A DNA stretch of 64,000 nucleotides from Ruditapes philippinarum. Its lineage: Eukaryota. The position numbers and the translations under genes are program-made. Of this stretch, positions 27,205 through 39,011 are shown piece by piece. Under the pieces are notes generated by a model. It worked only from the letters and a program-made list of their open reading frames with translations. It was not told the origin of the DNA and made no database searches. The DNA is taken from NCBI RefSeq assembly GCF_026571515.1, contig NW_026864520.1, forward strand, positions 1 to 64,000, read 5' to 3'. How positions within the stretch are numbered: the stretch's first letter is position 1; each line of letters begins with the position of its first letter.

Positions 27205-27400
27205 ACGTACCTGATAGGTTAAAGGTCACAATGCTCATCTACGTTTAATATCCTCCTGTTTTTATACCTTAAGCAAGGTAAATAACACCAAGACCTGTTA
27301 TAACCTTAACCTAGTTTATTTAGTAAAAAGTATTGTTGCATTTAAAATAGATCACAAATTCTTAAAGTTTACATTTAAATGCACCACTAACCCAGTCAGA
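27205..27400 (-). promoter_or_regulatory. Promoter-like module P3 with first-exon donor
   Basis: GATCAC 27350, TTTAAATGCACCACTAACC to 27392, CCTTAACCT at ~27304; donor TATCAG|GTACGT at 27210; right flank 27640-27735 homologous to 8700-8795. Confidence 0.5.
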
Positions 27401-28253
27401 CAAAGACACCAGTGTGAGCATCAATAGAAAAGTATTTGCACAAATTTTTAAATTGAATCTGAAGTACACTGATGTTACTTATATGTTAAATTTAAACTTG
27501 TATGGATCCGATTAAAATCAACAACATCATTAATACGAAACATCAACAAAATGAAACGAGGTTTAAAGTATTAGATAGAAGTTTATTTTTCCCCCGACGA
27601 AAAACATCTCTCAAACATTATAATAAACATTACATTAGCATAAACATTAACATAAAATGCCCCAGTTCTGATATACACCTTAGTTCGCATTAGTACACTG
27701 ACCTTGTAAAACAAGTATAATACAATACTGTACCGTACTACCATACAGAACCATTGCACCGGTAGCGTGCATAATACACCGGTCGAAGTTTTGTGAAATT
27801 TGATATTTCAAAAATATAACTTTAATACCGTAGAAAAATTTTAGTCTATGAGATTGAACCAGTAGTAGAAACAATTTTTACGAAGTTGTACCTGATTTAT
27901 TGTTGATTTTATAAAAGAAGCTTCGTTTATGTCCGCTCACATATAACTCTTTATTTAGTATAGGATAGTGTTTATATGTAAGCATTTATTAAATCTAATT
28001 AGTTAAGAATGCTAAGTTATTAAAATCACTATCCAAATTACAGGTTTAGAATTATTTTGATAAACACTTCGCATTATACTACTTGCGAAGATTAAAATTT
28101 CACACCGAATTTACCTATAGCACCATTCCCTTTATTTAATATTTACATTGATTAATTTCAAATATATATTATTGACACTATCACTTTGAATAACGCACGC
28201 CATTATTACACCACATCTGTCATTTAGAACATTGATACAATCTGTTACTTATT

Positions 28254-28440
28254 GGGGCGTGCCGTGGCGGTAGAGCTGGTTACGTTATTGAATTTCAAAC
28301 CACCACTTGTCCCCTTATCGCTGAAGGTTTGAATCCCGTCGGAAAATCTACCCAAGTGTTCGCTAATGTCTTAATGCACGGATGGGCACCTGAGGTCTTC
28401 CTCCACAAATACAGCAAGTAATTGTACCTAAAAAAAAAAA
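28254..28440 (+). mobile_element. tRNA-derived SINE (mollusc Meta/core-type, degenerate)
   Basis: GGGGCGTGCCGTGGC head, GGTTTGAATCCC B box, GGGCACCTGAGGTCTTCCTCCAC core, A tail. Confidence 0.7.
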
Positions 28441-29299
28441 CGATGAACTTTGTATAGGGAAGTAAGATAATTAAATGCGTACACCTTTTTCAATCGATTT
28501 TGACCATGTTAATATATAAATTATCAAGTAAATTAAAAATACTAGTAAATATTTTATATGTTATGCATGTATCAGCATTATGTTAACACATTTTTATTCT
28601 TAAATAGCATGCTTTGCACATGATGAAAGTCGAAGATATGTTTTATGTTCTAAATACCTGCACGGTCTCAATTCAAAGGGAAGTTTGTATTAAATTTTAA
28701 ACAATCATTTTCTTGTCAACATTAGTTGTGTTTCTCGTCCATAGAAATATACTATATTCTTCTATCCTAATATTTGTTTTATTTACCTTTTGACCGGGAT
28801 GAAGAATTTAGTTTTTAAATGTATCAATCTATTGAATATTGTCACAGATGCTTAATCCTTAGTTATTGACCGCAGTGACCAATTCGATGTTATTATTGTA
28901 AACCTGTTTAAATCGAATTACCATGGTCTTGTTGTGAAACATAATAAATACGCTTACGTATGTGTTATCGGTTTCTATCTTCATAACAAACAGAACGTAG
29001 AGTGGACATTTTGCTTCAAGGTGATTTTCGTCTTTTAAATACTTATTTCAAAACATAAAATCTGGAAAAACGCGAAAACCCCTGATTTATGCAATTTGAC
29101 ATGTTTAAAATATTTTGTTTTATTTTCAACATAATGTCACTCCAGTTGATGAGTGTACAGAGATAATGGATCTGCTGCAGGTTCCATATTTAAAACAGCC
29201 ATCAGCTATTTTAAAACAGCCTATTTTACAACAAATATCAAAGGTTTCCTTAAGACACATTATGTCAAATGGATATATATATTATGATATTAACATTTG

Positions 29300-31800
29300 G
29301 ATGTCAATCATTCAAAGTGTAAGACATGCAAAGCAAGACGATGCCGTGCTTTGCTATTTAAGTTTTTGACTTGAAGCTCGACTCCTACTGAGATGTTTGG
29401 AATGATTTTGTTGCAATAGACGTAAAAAGTAACGTACGTCTTACTTACTTAAATTCTTAACTTAACATCCTACAAGATGCCTATTTATTTAGATTCTGAG
29501 AGGTTCTATATGTTAAACCAAATTTGAATGCCATTAAATGTTATAATGTGAAAGGCATCTCATGGGAAGAAGATGTATATCGATTCCATGACATAGCTTC
29601 TTTGTTCTTGGGCTTAATAGTCCACTTTAAGACATACCATATTTTCTGTGCTATTTTTACCTTGTTTTTTTGAGAATTAATAAGTCGTTTTCTTTACATA
29701 ACAAACATGATTCACAGATTTAGTAAATGGAATGTTCTTTGCTAGATCATATCTTACTTTGTTAGAATTTCTTCAGAATTATACTTGCTGTTAATCTCGC
29801 CCAAAGGCTATACAACTCTATATCTCGACGGTCTTAGTAATTCCTGCGTATAAAAATCTTGTGAGTGAAATGGAAAATAGAAGTGCAAATACTGGTAAGT
29901 GTCCGACCATATTTTGTTCCATGTAGCAGCACATTTGTCAACACAGCTAAATTTGGTGTGTTGCATCAAAACCTCTTTATATTGGTACAAATTACTAATA
30001 TCCGGGTAAGGAATTAAAGTAAATCATAAGTCCATGTGTTACATAACTAAATGTTTTAAAACAAAATGACTAGATCCTTGTTTGTTTCAAACAGAATATA
30101 GAATTGTTATATCTTTCGCAGTCAGAAACAGAAAAATACCGTTTCAATGCGCGTTATAAACATCTTCGTTATAAATAAACAAATTTTTTTTTATAAGAAC
30201 AATTAACATCATTACAGAAATTAGCGTGCCAGAAATATTATCCAATGCTCGAAGTACATAAGGCAAATATTTGGAAATAATGTCTAAAGTAAACCTATCA
30301 TGATAACCAATAAAGAAATTTAGTATTCTTATACAGATTCATTGTTTTCAATTTCGGGAACTGAATATCGAAAGCCTATCTGGTATGTCACAGAAAAGAA
30401 AAATACAATCACACACAGGGAAAGCAACAGAAAAAGCTAAGATTTCATATGGTGACAAGAAGAATCTGTCAAAGAATAACAAAAAATGTTAATTGTCAAT
30501 CAGATGGCTCATCACTCAACTCCAGACGGTGATATTGCAATATAAAGATGGACAAATTACCACTTTTTGAAAGACATATATACAAGTAGTTTTGGAATAC
30601 AGCATAAGGAATTTTACGTTTTTTAAAGTCTTTTTAGCATTCTTCAATGATTTGTTGCATGCTTATTAAGCTAACAATGTTATGTTACAAAATTATATTA
30701 AACTCTAGCCTCCTTATAATAATTTGCCAAAATAACTAATTTTAAACATAACTAGATATGAAGAACTTTGTTGCAATATAAGTACTCACTTTGTTGAAGT
30801 GAAATTCCCAAAACCTAATAATCATATTTCACGACCGATATTGAGAATAACGTCCTCGAAGAATAAAAAGCATTTCATATAATGATTATCCAAGCAATAT
30901 AAAGATAATTAGGTTCTCATTTTTATAAGTATTCAACCAGACGCATTCATTAAATATTAAGATGGTCAAAATTACATTTTTGGAAGGAATTAGTGTCTCT
31001 TTTTCGAACAAAGTATGGAAATTAGCCAACAAAAATACTTGAACATATGACACCTACACTCCTTTAATTTTTAATTTGCAAATGATATCTGAATTTGTTT
31101 CGCTTGTAGAAACTTCCAATTTTATAAAATGGCATATAATAAGTTAATAATGTAATTAATAATGTAATGTTATTGTAAATTAATCTGACTTATAAAGCTT
31201 ATTATAATTTACGATAAAGGTTGTTGATGAATTTATTTAGCAATTAAAAGGTAAAGAATGAACATGTTAGAATTTGATATAGTTGTAGGGTTAACTTCTC
31301 TTGTTATTATAAAAACATGTACAAATTCAAAATTACACAAAATCTACATAAAATAACATAAATTAACATAAAATAAATACACAAGACTAAAACGATTCAT
31401 ATATTACACAATAAAAACTGAATCACATCTTAGACGTGACTATAATACTATAGATAAGATAAATGATATGAATAATTTACCTGGTTTCTCTAAAACCTGT
31501 GAACATGTAAATATGAAAGCAAGAATGAAGCAAAATCTGAATTAAGTAATAACAACTGTTGAAATAGTTAGACATATACGAATAATTATTACAAACGCAC
31601 CTGTGTGTGTCCAAGTCTAAATGTTAATCTGTCACGGTATAAAATACTTGTTTGTCATAAATATATACACAATCAAACGATGTCCGAGTATATATACCCT
31701 TAACCTAATTTTATATATACTATTTAAGGAGATCACGTCCTAAATGTAAGATGTAAACGCCCCACTAACCTAATCAGACTATAATGTAAATTAGCTCACA
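29300..31800 (-). ncRNA. Putative spliced transcription unit P4 (three exons, no intact ORF)
   Basis: ATGTAAAT 31784, CCACTAACC 31762, GATCAC 31731, TATATAAAA (minus) ~31710-31718; donor CACAG|GTGCGT at 31600; 64-nt intron with CTAAC branch; 56-nt exon 31481-31536; donor CCAG|GTAAAT; acceptor TTCTTTGACAG|ATTCTTC at 30466. 3' end unknown. Confidence 0.45.
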
Positions 31801-32899
31801 CGAATACAAAAGATGCACAAGGTGCACAATGAAATATTTTATACCCTTTATTGAATGTCAATCCCTTTATTTGAATGTTCAGTGCACTTGAGTATAATTT
31901 TTAAATGTTCAATGGTAATTTGAGATTGTCCATATCTTCTTTAAAATAATTGCTCAATATTTCTAAGATAAAAGTAGCACTACCTCCAAGACGTTTTTTG
32001 GTTTCTCTAGCTATTCATAAAACAAGATAGAAATCTAGTTCTACTTCAATCATGTAGACAAAATGTAAAACTTATATGAACGTCTTAACTATTTATCTTT
32101 TGTTTCTTGTCGGAACAATATGTGAAACTGCATCTTAGTTCACCCAAAAGAGCATATTTATAAAATATGACATGCTTAGTTCAATTCATAAACAGTTAAT
32201 ATACACTGACATTTAACTCCATGCATATGTTTACACCTACTTAATTTATAAAATGTTAGGCTCATAAATACAATAGAAATACCATGTATTTATTAAAAGA
32301 TTGGTAAGTTTCTATTGAATTGATTTATGAAACCAATATTAGCTGGATATCGTTCAGAAAATCTTTCATCTATCCTATAAGTTTCATATCAAAGAAAAAA
32401 CCTTTATCATTATGATATACTGTGTAAACTATTTTATTTGAATGAATCAAGTCTTGTTTGTAAACCCAGTTTTCAAAGTAATAAAGAGTTTAATAATGAA
32501 ATGTCAAAGCATTTTAAGAATCAAATCACATATTTTAGTCATAACCTCATATATTTCACGCGATTAAATCACGCATTTAATGTTGATATCAGAAAGAAAA
32601 CTTCTAAAATTGGATTGTACTACTTTTGTAAAATAACAAAATATAACTCGCATGCTCATTATTGTTGAAAAAATATATTCAAATTACTTAAAATGTTTTA
32701 ATATGATTCATTTAAAGACCGATTTCTAAATTATTTTAATTCAACGTATCGATAAGACTTTAACTATTGTCGTGAATCATTTTTACATTCATACAGAAAT
32801 TATCAGTCTTATCACGTTTTAGTCCAAACTAGTTATAGGGAGAACTATAAAAGAGAAAAAAAATAAGCATAATCACAGGCTTCAACATATCACAAGCTT

Positions 32900-35800
32900 C
32901 AACATTGAGGACATTTTGTGAATTGGAGATACATTTTATGATATTATCATGTATGAGCAATCTTTCAAAGCGTAAGAAATGTCAAGAAAGACGAAGTCGT
33001 GCTTGGCTACATAACACAAATATTTTGGGCTGAAGCTAGTCGCCCATTTTTGATCAAAGCTGATGAGATTCGTGGAATGATTTTTGTTTTTGTAGGTGTA
33101 AATGATATAAAAAATTCATTAATTTAATAATTCGGTTTGTGTAGATGTTGCACCAGAGCTAAAACATATTTCGCACTTCATACTCAAGACAACACGCATC
33201 TTTTTACTTTCACTTTCATTTTCCTTAAGATTTTGAGATTGTTTTTAAAAAAAACAAATTTGAATGCTATAATACTAGTATGTTGCAAAGTGAAAACTAT
33301 CTCTTATGGGAAGAAGATACATATCACTTCCATGAAAAAGCTACTTTTTTCTTAGAACCTAATAGTGCACTTCAAAACATAGCTTCTTTATTTTTTGGGA
33401 AAATTTTAAGAAAATCGTTTCACACAGTTTTATTAAATGGAATGTTCTTCCTTTTATACCATATTTTGCTGCGCATTTTACCTTGTTCTTTGGAATATAG
33501 AAGTAGTTTCCTTGACATTTTAAACAGATTTTACAGTGAAATATTTTTTTCTCAGATTTATACTTGCTTTTAAACTCGCTCCAAAGGTTAAGTAAGTTAC
33601 CCTACATCTCTACGGTCTTAGTCATTCTTGTGAGTTAGTATCTGTTTAGGATGAAATGGAAAATAGAAATGGAAATATGGACGACCATACGTTGTTTCCA
33701 TGTAGCAACACCTTTGTCAACATAGCTTCATTTGGTGTGTTGCATGAAAACCTTTTTATATTGGTACAAACAACTTTTATCCCAGTAAGGCATGAACGTA
33801 GATCATAAGTTTATTTGATACATACCAGTAACTAAATGCATTGAAACAAAAGGGCAAGAACCTTGTTTGTTTCAAACAAAATATAGAATCGACATATCTT
33901 TCGTTATCAGAAACAACAAAATACCGTTTCAATGCGCGTTATAAACATCTTCGTTATTAATAAACACTAGTGTTTATAATAGCAATTATCAGTATAACAG
34001 AAATTAGCATGTCAGAGAATTTATCCATTGCTAGAGGTACATCAGTTAGATATACGGAAATAATGTCTAATGAATACCTATCATGATAACAAGACAGTTG
34101 TTTTACGCATGGAATAAATTATTTTATAAGGTTTCATTGTTTTCAAATTTTGCGAATTGAAACGTGAAAGCCTATCTGATATGTCAAATGTGAGCAATAT
34201 TCAAGTCACATCTTCCAAGCAACAAAGTCCACCGAAAAAAGGCTGATTAGGCTGTAAATATTTCATATCATGACAGTGAGGATTCGTAATAAACAGATGA
34301 CCCTTAGGGTGATATTAAAATACAATGTAGAAGTATGGATAGATTTCCCATTTTTGACATATACATAGTCTGATTTTATTGACCTGTCAATTATGAATAC
34401 ATTATAGGACTCATTTAAATATTCGATCCCAGTTCGGTTTATCCGTGTAGTTTACGAGAATTAATGTGGAGTATATTAGTCATGGATTGAAAGTCACGCC
34501 AACTTAATGTGAAGGTTTTCGTTAATTCACAATAGGACAGTCGGTAACGAGAATGCCTGATAATTGAGAGGTCTGTGGTTCGATTCTTACTGTTGCCATT
34601 TCTATATTTTTGCAGTTTATTTTAATGGAACAGATTTGTAGTGTGTTTTACTGAATTGAAAAGGAAGGCATTTATTGATTTTAATCTGTTTTAAATTTAA
34701 ACATGAATTCTTAAAAAACATGTTATTTAAACGAGTATATACATAACAAAATTATGTAAAACATAATAAAACAAAGCGAACAGCATAAAATAATCATATA
34801 TAGATTCAATAATGTGAACGTATTAATAAGAAAAAACATGGACCAACGCGGCCTCGAACTTAAAACACGCGTGACACTTAGATTATAATCTCGTGATTTA
34901 CGCTATTGCGCTATAACGCTGAGTACACTTAGTTTAGAGATACAAATGTAATTAAATTCCATCGTACAGCGTACATCTCACGGAACTTACCGAACATCTA
35001 CCGAAGATTAATACTGTGTGCATCGACCGTGTAATCAGTATGTAATTGACAGGTTAGTAAAACCAAACAATACTAAAAGATATATATACATGTAGTATTT
35101 GAGGAAAGGAACATTTTTTTCCAATTGTTAGTATCTCTTATCCATCGTTCGTGAACGTCATTGTGCATGATCATTAAGCTAATTGTTTACAAAATTATCA
35201 TAAACTCTAGACTCCTTACAATAATATTTGTTCACAACATAACAAAATTTGAAGAACTTTGTTGCCACAGAAATACCCACTCTGTTGAAAAGAAATCCCT
35301 GCCATTTTATAGACAATTATGATATTTGTAAGATAAATAGCTTAGAAAGAATTCATGAGGATAAAACGTTTCATTCTATGGTAATCAATGTATTAGAAAA
35401 ATGATGAGGTTCTTAAGTTTTAAGTATTTATTTCAGACGAATTAATTAAAATATAACGAACATTTTAAAGGGATTAGTGTTTCTTACTATAACAATGTAT
35501 CGACATTAGCTAAACAAAAATCCTTGAACACATGGTATCAACTCACCTTTATTTTTTAAGTCTCAATGGCGGTTTTTAAAATGATATCTTAATTTGTTTC
35601 CCTAGTAGAAACTGCCAATGTGATATAGAGACATATACTAATGTATGCTGTGGTTTTATTAGTGCTATAAAAACGTATCTAATCTAAGATACAAGTTGTT
35701 GATGGATTGATTAAGTAATTTATGATAACAAAGTTAAAATAGTATCATTTGAAATATTCTTGCTGCAAATGTTTGTTTCGGGATTACCAAAGTATAGTTT

Positions 35801-36000
35801 GTAAAGAAAGTTTGTTTACTCATCAAACATTTTAAAATACAACACAGTCTAAGTATTTGCCGTGCTCGATCTACAGTCCTTGTATCATCCATAATTATAT
35901 GACTACGACTGCACAAACAATATATATGCACAACTTATTACACCTAAAATTACTTATTTAGGAGATCAGCGTTTCAGAGTTAAACTAAAACACAAATGCG
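32900..36000 (-). other. Older paralog (P5) of the P4 unit
   Basis: 32900-34290 aligns with 29250-30465 (e.g. identical AAATACCGTTTCAATGCGCGTTATAAACATCTTCGTTAT); 35100-35720 aligns with the P4 intron; partial promoter TATTTAGGAGATCAG at ~35955-35969. Confidence 0.7.
34366..35072. mobile_element. MITE/foldback element with ~30+ bp TIRs and tRNA-like segments in both arms
   Basis: Left TAGTCTGATTTTATTGACCTGTCAATTA vs right TAATTGACAGGTTAGTAAAACCAAACAATA; internal GGTTCGATTC (+, ~34577) and an inverted B-box-like CCTCGAAC (~34852); absent in paralogs at ~30580 and ~47850. Confidence 0.72.
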
Positions 36001-36857
36001 TGACACAGATGGTCTCTCATCCTAACATACTTGTCAACTGTTTTATTGAATGTTTAATTATCTCCAATCGAAACCAGAAATAATAAAACGCACAGAAAAC
36101 ATGAAGCAGTAGCGGAAACAATTTTTGATAATTGCGAAGTTAATTGCACTATAGAACACAATAAGGTTGTTTAAATATTTGCTTTATCAATTTGCATATA
36201 ATTAAGTCCATATACGTACACAAGTTCATAACAGAAAAATAATGAGACTCTGCCTTTCGTGCGTGTAGCGAGAGAAAGGATAATATTGAAAACCTAAGAA
36301 GAAAAACATATACACTTCTCCCACTGCTAATATATCGCTAAGTTAACGCCTCACGGGGGTTACTCTTCAGTTCTTATTTATCTCGAGTCTATAATAGGAC
36401 TCACTGTCTATCTTTAGAGCGAGTCTTATACACGTTGCCACCTAAATCCAACGACATATGACATTGTTTTTTATCTATAAGAGTTAACCCTCTTATGACA
36501 ACCCTCGAATATACATGTTCAATGAAATGTGACTGTTATTAGAGTCTATTCAGCTACTTATTTGGTGCAACTTAAAGAATCACGAAAAGCTAATTAAACA
36601 TTTTGATTGACAATTAAAGACAAAGAAATATAAACCCTAAACTTTTAATTTAAGACAATTATTCATATTCCCTCTTGCTTAACACAATTCACGCATTTCA
36701 CCAATTTGATGTTAGCGCAAAAGTCTAATGTTCCAATGTCATAATATATCACCAACTATCCATCTATCCCGCTGACCTATAAATCGAATATGAGATATGA
36801 GAATGAATTTTATAAGAAAAGTAAAGTATGTAAAGCAAAAACACCCGATCCCGGCCC

Positions 36858-36903
36858 AAAACAACAACAACAACAACAAAAACAACAACAACAACAACAA
36901 AAA
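36858..36903 (+). repeat. (AAC)n microsatellite
   Basis: Direct reading; shorter degenerate version in paralog at ~45048-45090. Confidence 0.9.
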
Positions 36904-38719
36904 GCAAAAACAAACCCAGACCCTCGAAACATTGCTGAATAAAAAGTTACCCTGTCAAAGTACAGATTATTTTAAACATTGGGAATTAAGTCTAACATAT
37001 TATGTAAAATATCTAAATGATAAACTATGTGTACAAAACCTTTTTGAATTTACGGAATAAGGAATAAGGTATACAAAGACTATAATAGTACTAATATATG
37101 TGTGCATGTGTGTATAATTTTTTACAAGATGTTTAAAGTCCAAGAGCTTCAAAAATGAATTTCTATAAACATGAAGAAAAATGAATACATGTACTAAATT
37201 TTAGTACGCTGAATGGCGGCTTCGAAAAGAAAATGTTAACAGGACTGAGGTCCTCCAGATAAGACAGCCAAAAAGGTCTCAACTGAACCAAGTAGATAAC
37301 AGGCCTGCTCAGGCGTTCACTTTTTCCTCTTTTTTACCGCTGACGATATTTCAAAAACAACACACAATGATAAATTTGTTATCTTCGATATTAATCATCA
37401 CTGTTACAAAGAAAATTTTCTTTTTTTTCGGTGTAGGACAGCATCATATATGTATCTTACTATCAATTTATGCATGTAAATTTATTGATAGATCACAAAA
37501 ATTGTTTGTATATGAGAATTATGTTAAATTATGCTTGCGTCTTGAAGATTTGTTGAGTCTATTTAAATATTACTTCTGGCCAAACCTATGTTTTATTGAG
37601 TTCAGATGTGTTGGTAATTGTAACAAAAGTTGCAGTATTGATGTAAAAATAACTCTGCCAGTCGTTGTGAAAATGATCTTTATTTTGACGATTATAGCCA
37701 GAAAAGTAAATAGTTTACTTGTAGTGATATTTATTTCATACAAAACCGCAATACATTAAAATGGCATTATAGATATTAAGATAAAAAAGTAGATAAGTTT
37801 TATAAGCAAACATGAAAACAATCTACAAACAAGCAATTTAACTTACAACTCGATCTTCCAAAGTTGAGTTTATTTTCATACTTAGATCACACATAGTAAT
37901 ATAAGCACTTTTTATTCGATCAAAACTTCCATTATTTTCAATAAAAATCACATGGACACACTAAATACGCCCCCAATTTATTTACTTTATCGCTTAAACT
38001 TAAACATACATCATTATGTTAATATCATTTCTGGAACTGATTAAGCTTACCTGTACATGGTAAAATTCGAAGATGTGCCTTAAAAAAGTATCTGCACGGT
38101 CTCATTTAAAAGGATGTTTGTTTTGAATTTCAAACAATCATCTTCTTGTCAAATTTATGAGGGTTTATCCTACTGTAATACAGAACTAGACTGTATTTTT
38201 ATATTCTAGTATTTCTTTATGTGTTATTCACCTTTTTGTACCAAGATAAAAAAAAATGTAACTACTTGAATATTGACACAAGCCTTTGGTCTTGATCTCA
38301 TATATTTTCGATCAGTGACCCATGCGATGTTTTTATTGTAAATATTGTTTAAATCGAATTACCATGGTCTTGTGAAACACAATAAAGGCGCTTACATTGT
38401 ATTATCGGTTTCTATCTACTTAATACATATAGACATTAAATAGGTCATTTTGCTTCAGGGAGATTTTTGTTTTTTAAAGACATATAGCAAAACATAAAAT
38501 TCGGAAAAATGTGAAATCTCGGATTTATACAATAATGACATATTTGAAATATTTTTTTTTATTTTTGACAATTTAAATCAATCATATGCTACCCAAATTT
38601 ATGACAGTACAGGGATTTTGGATCTGCTGTCAAATCAAAATTTGGAACAGCAAACAACTTATTTAAACAACTATTATTATATTATAAAGGTTTCCCTGAG
38701 ACATATTGAGACATTTCGT

Positions 38720-39010
38720 AACAAGAGGCCGATGGACCTTGAGGGTCACCTGCATATTCTACAAAAGATAATACAAGTTTTATGTATATATCTCAATTTG
38801 AATAAATGTCGTTAAATAATATGTATAATATTATATTTGCATAATTACATTCTCTTCCTTGGCCTTAGCCATAAAAACAAAGGGGTCATGCATCCTCAGT
38901 TTCAGGGACTCCCAACTTGTTGAAACAAGAGCTATCACTAAAGTTGATTTAAATCCCCTACAGCAACAATGACCATTTAGAAATTCAAGTGGTCTGAATT
39001 AAAATTTTCT
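38720..39010 (-). mobile_element. HINE-like fragment (paralog at ~46950-47490)
   Basis: AACAAGAGGCCGATGGACCTTGAGGGTCACCTG terminus typical of molluscan HINE 3' ends read in reverse; the longer paralog has GTGACTCTTGATCC and CCTTGACCTT core motifs. Confidence 0.6.
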
Positions 39011-39011
39011 C

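Noticed and set aside
30467-31480. Intronic snoRNAs (snoRNA host-gene model for the non-coding units)
   Set aside because: I found no conserved RTGATGA/CTGA box pair or convincing H/ACA fold by eye; snoscan or Infernal would be needed to exclude it fully.
37367-37759. 130-aa ORF and its 137-aa paralog at 45741-46154 as coding genes
   Set aside because: Similarity is explained by recent duplication; starts and stops differ, a ~80-bp indel breaks the 5' part, no recognisable domain, composition reflects AT-rich DNA.
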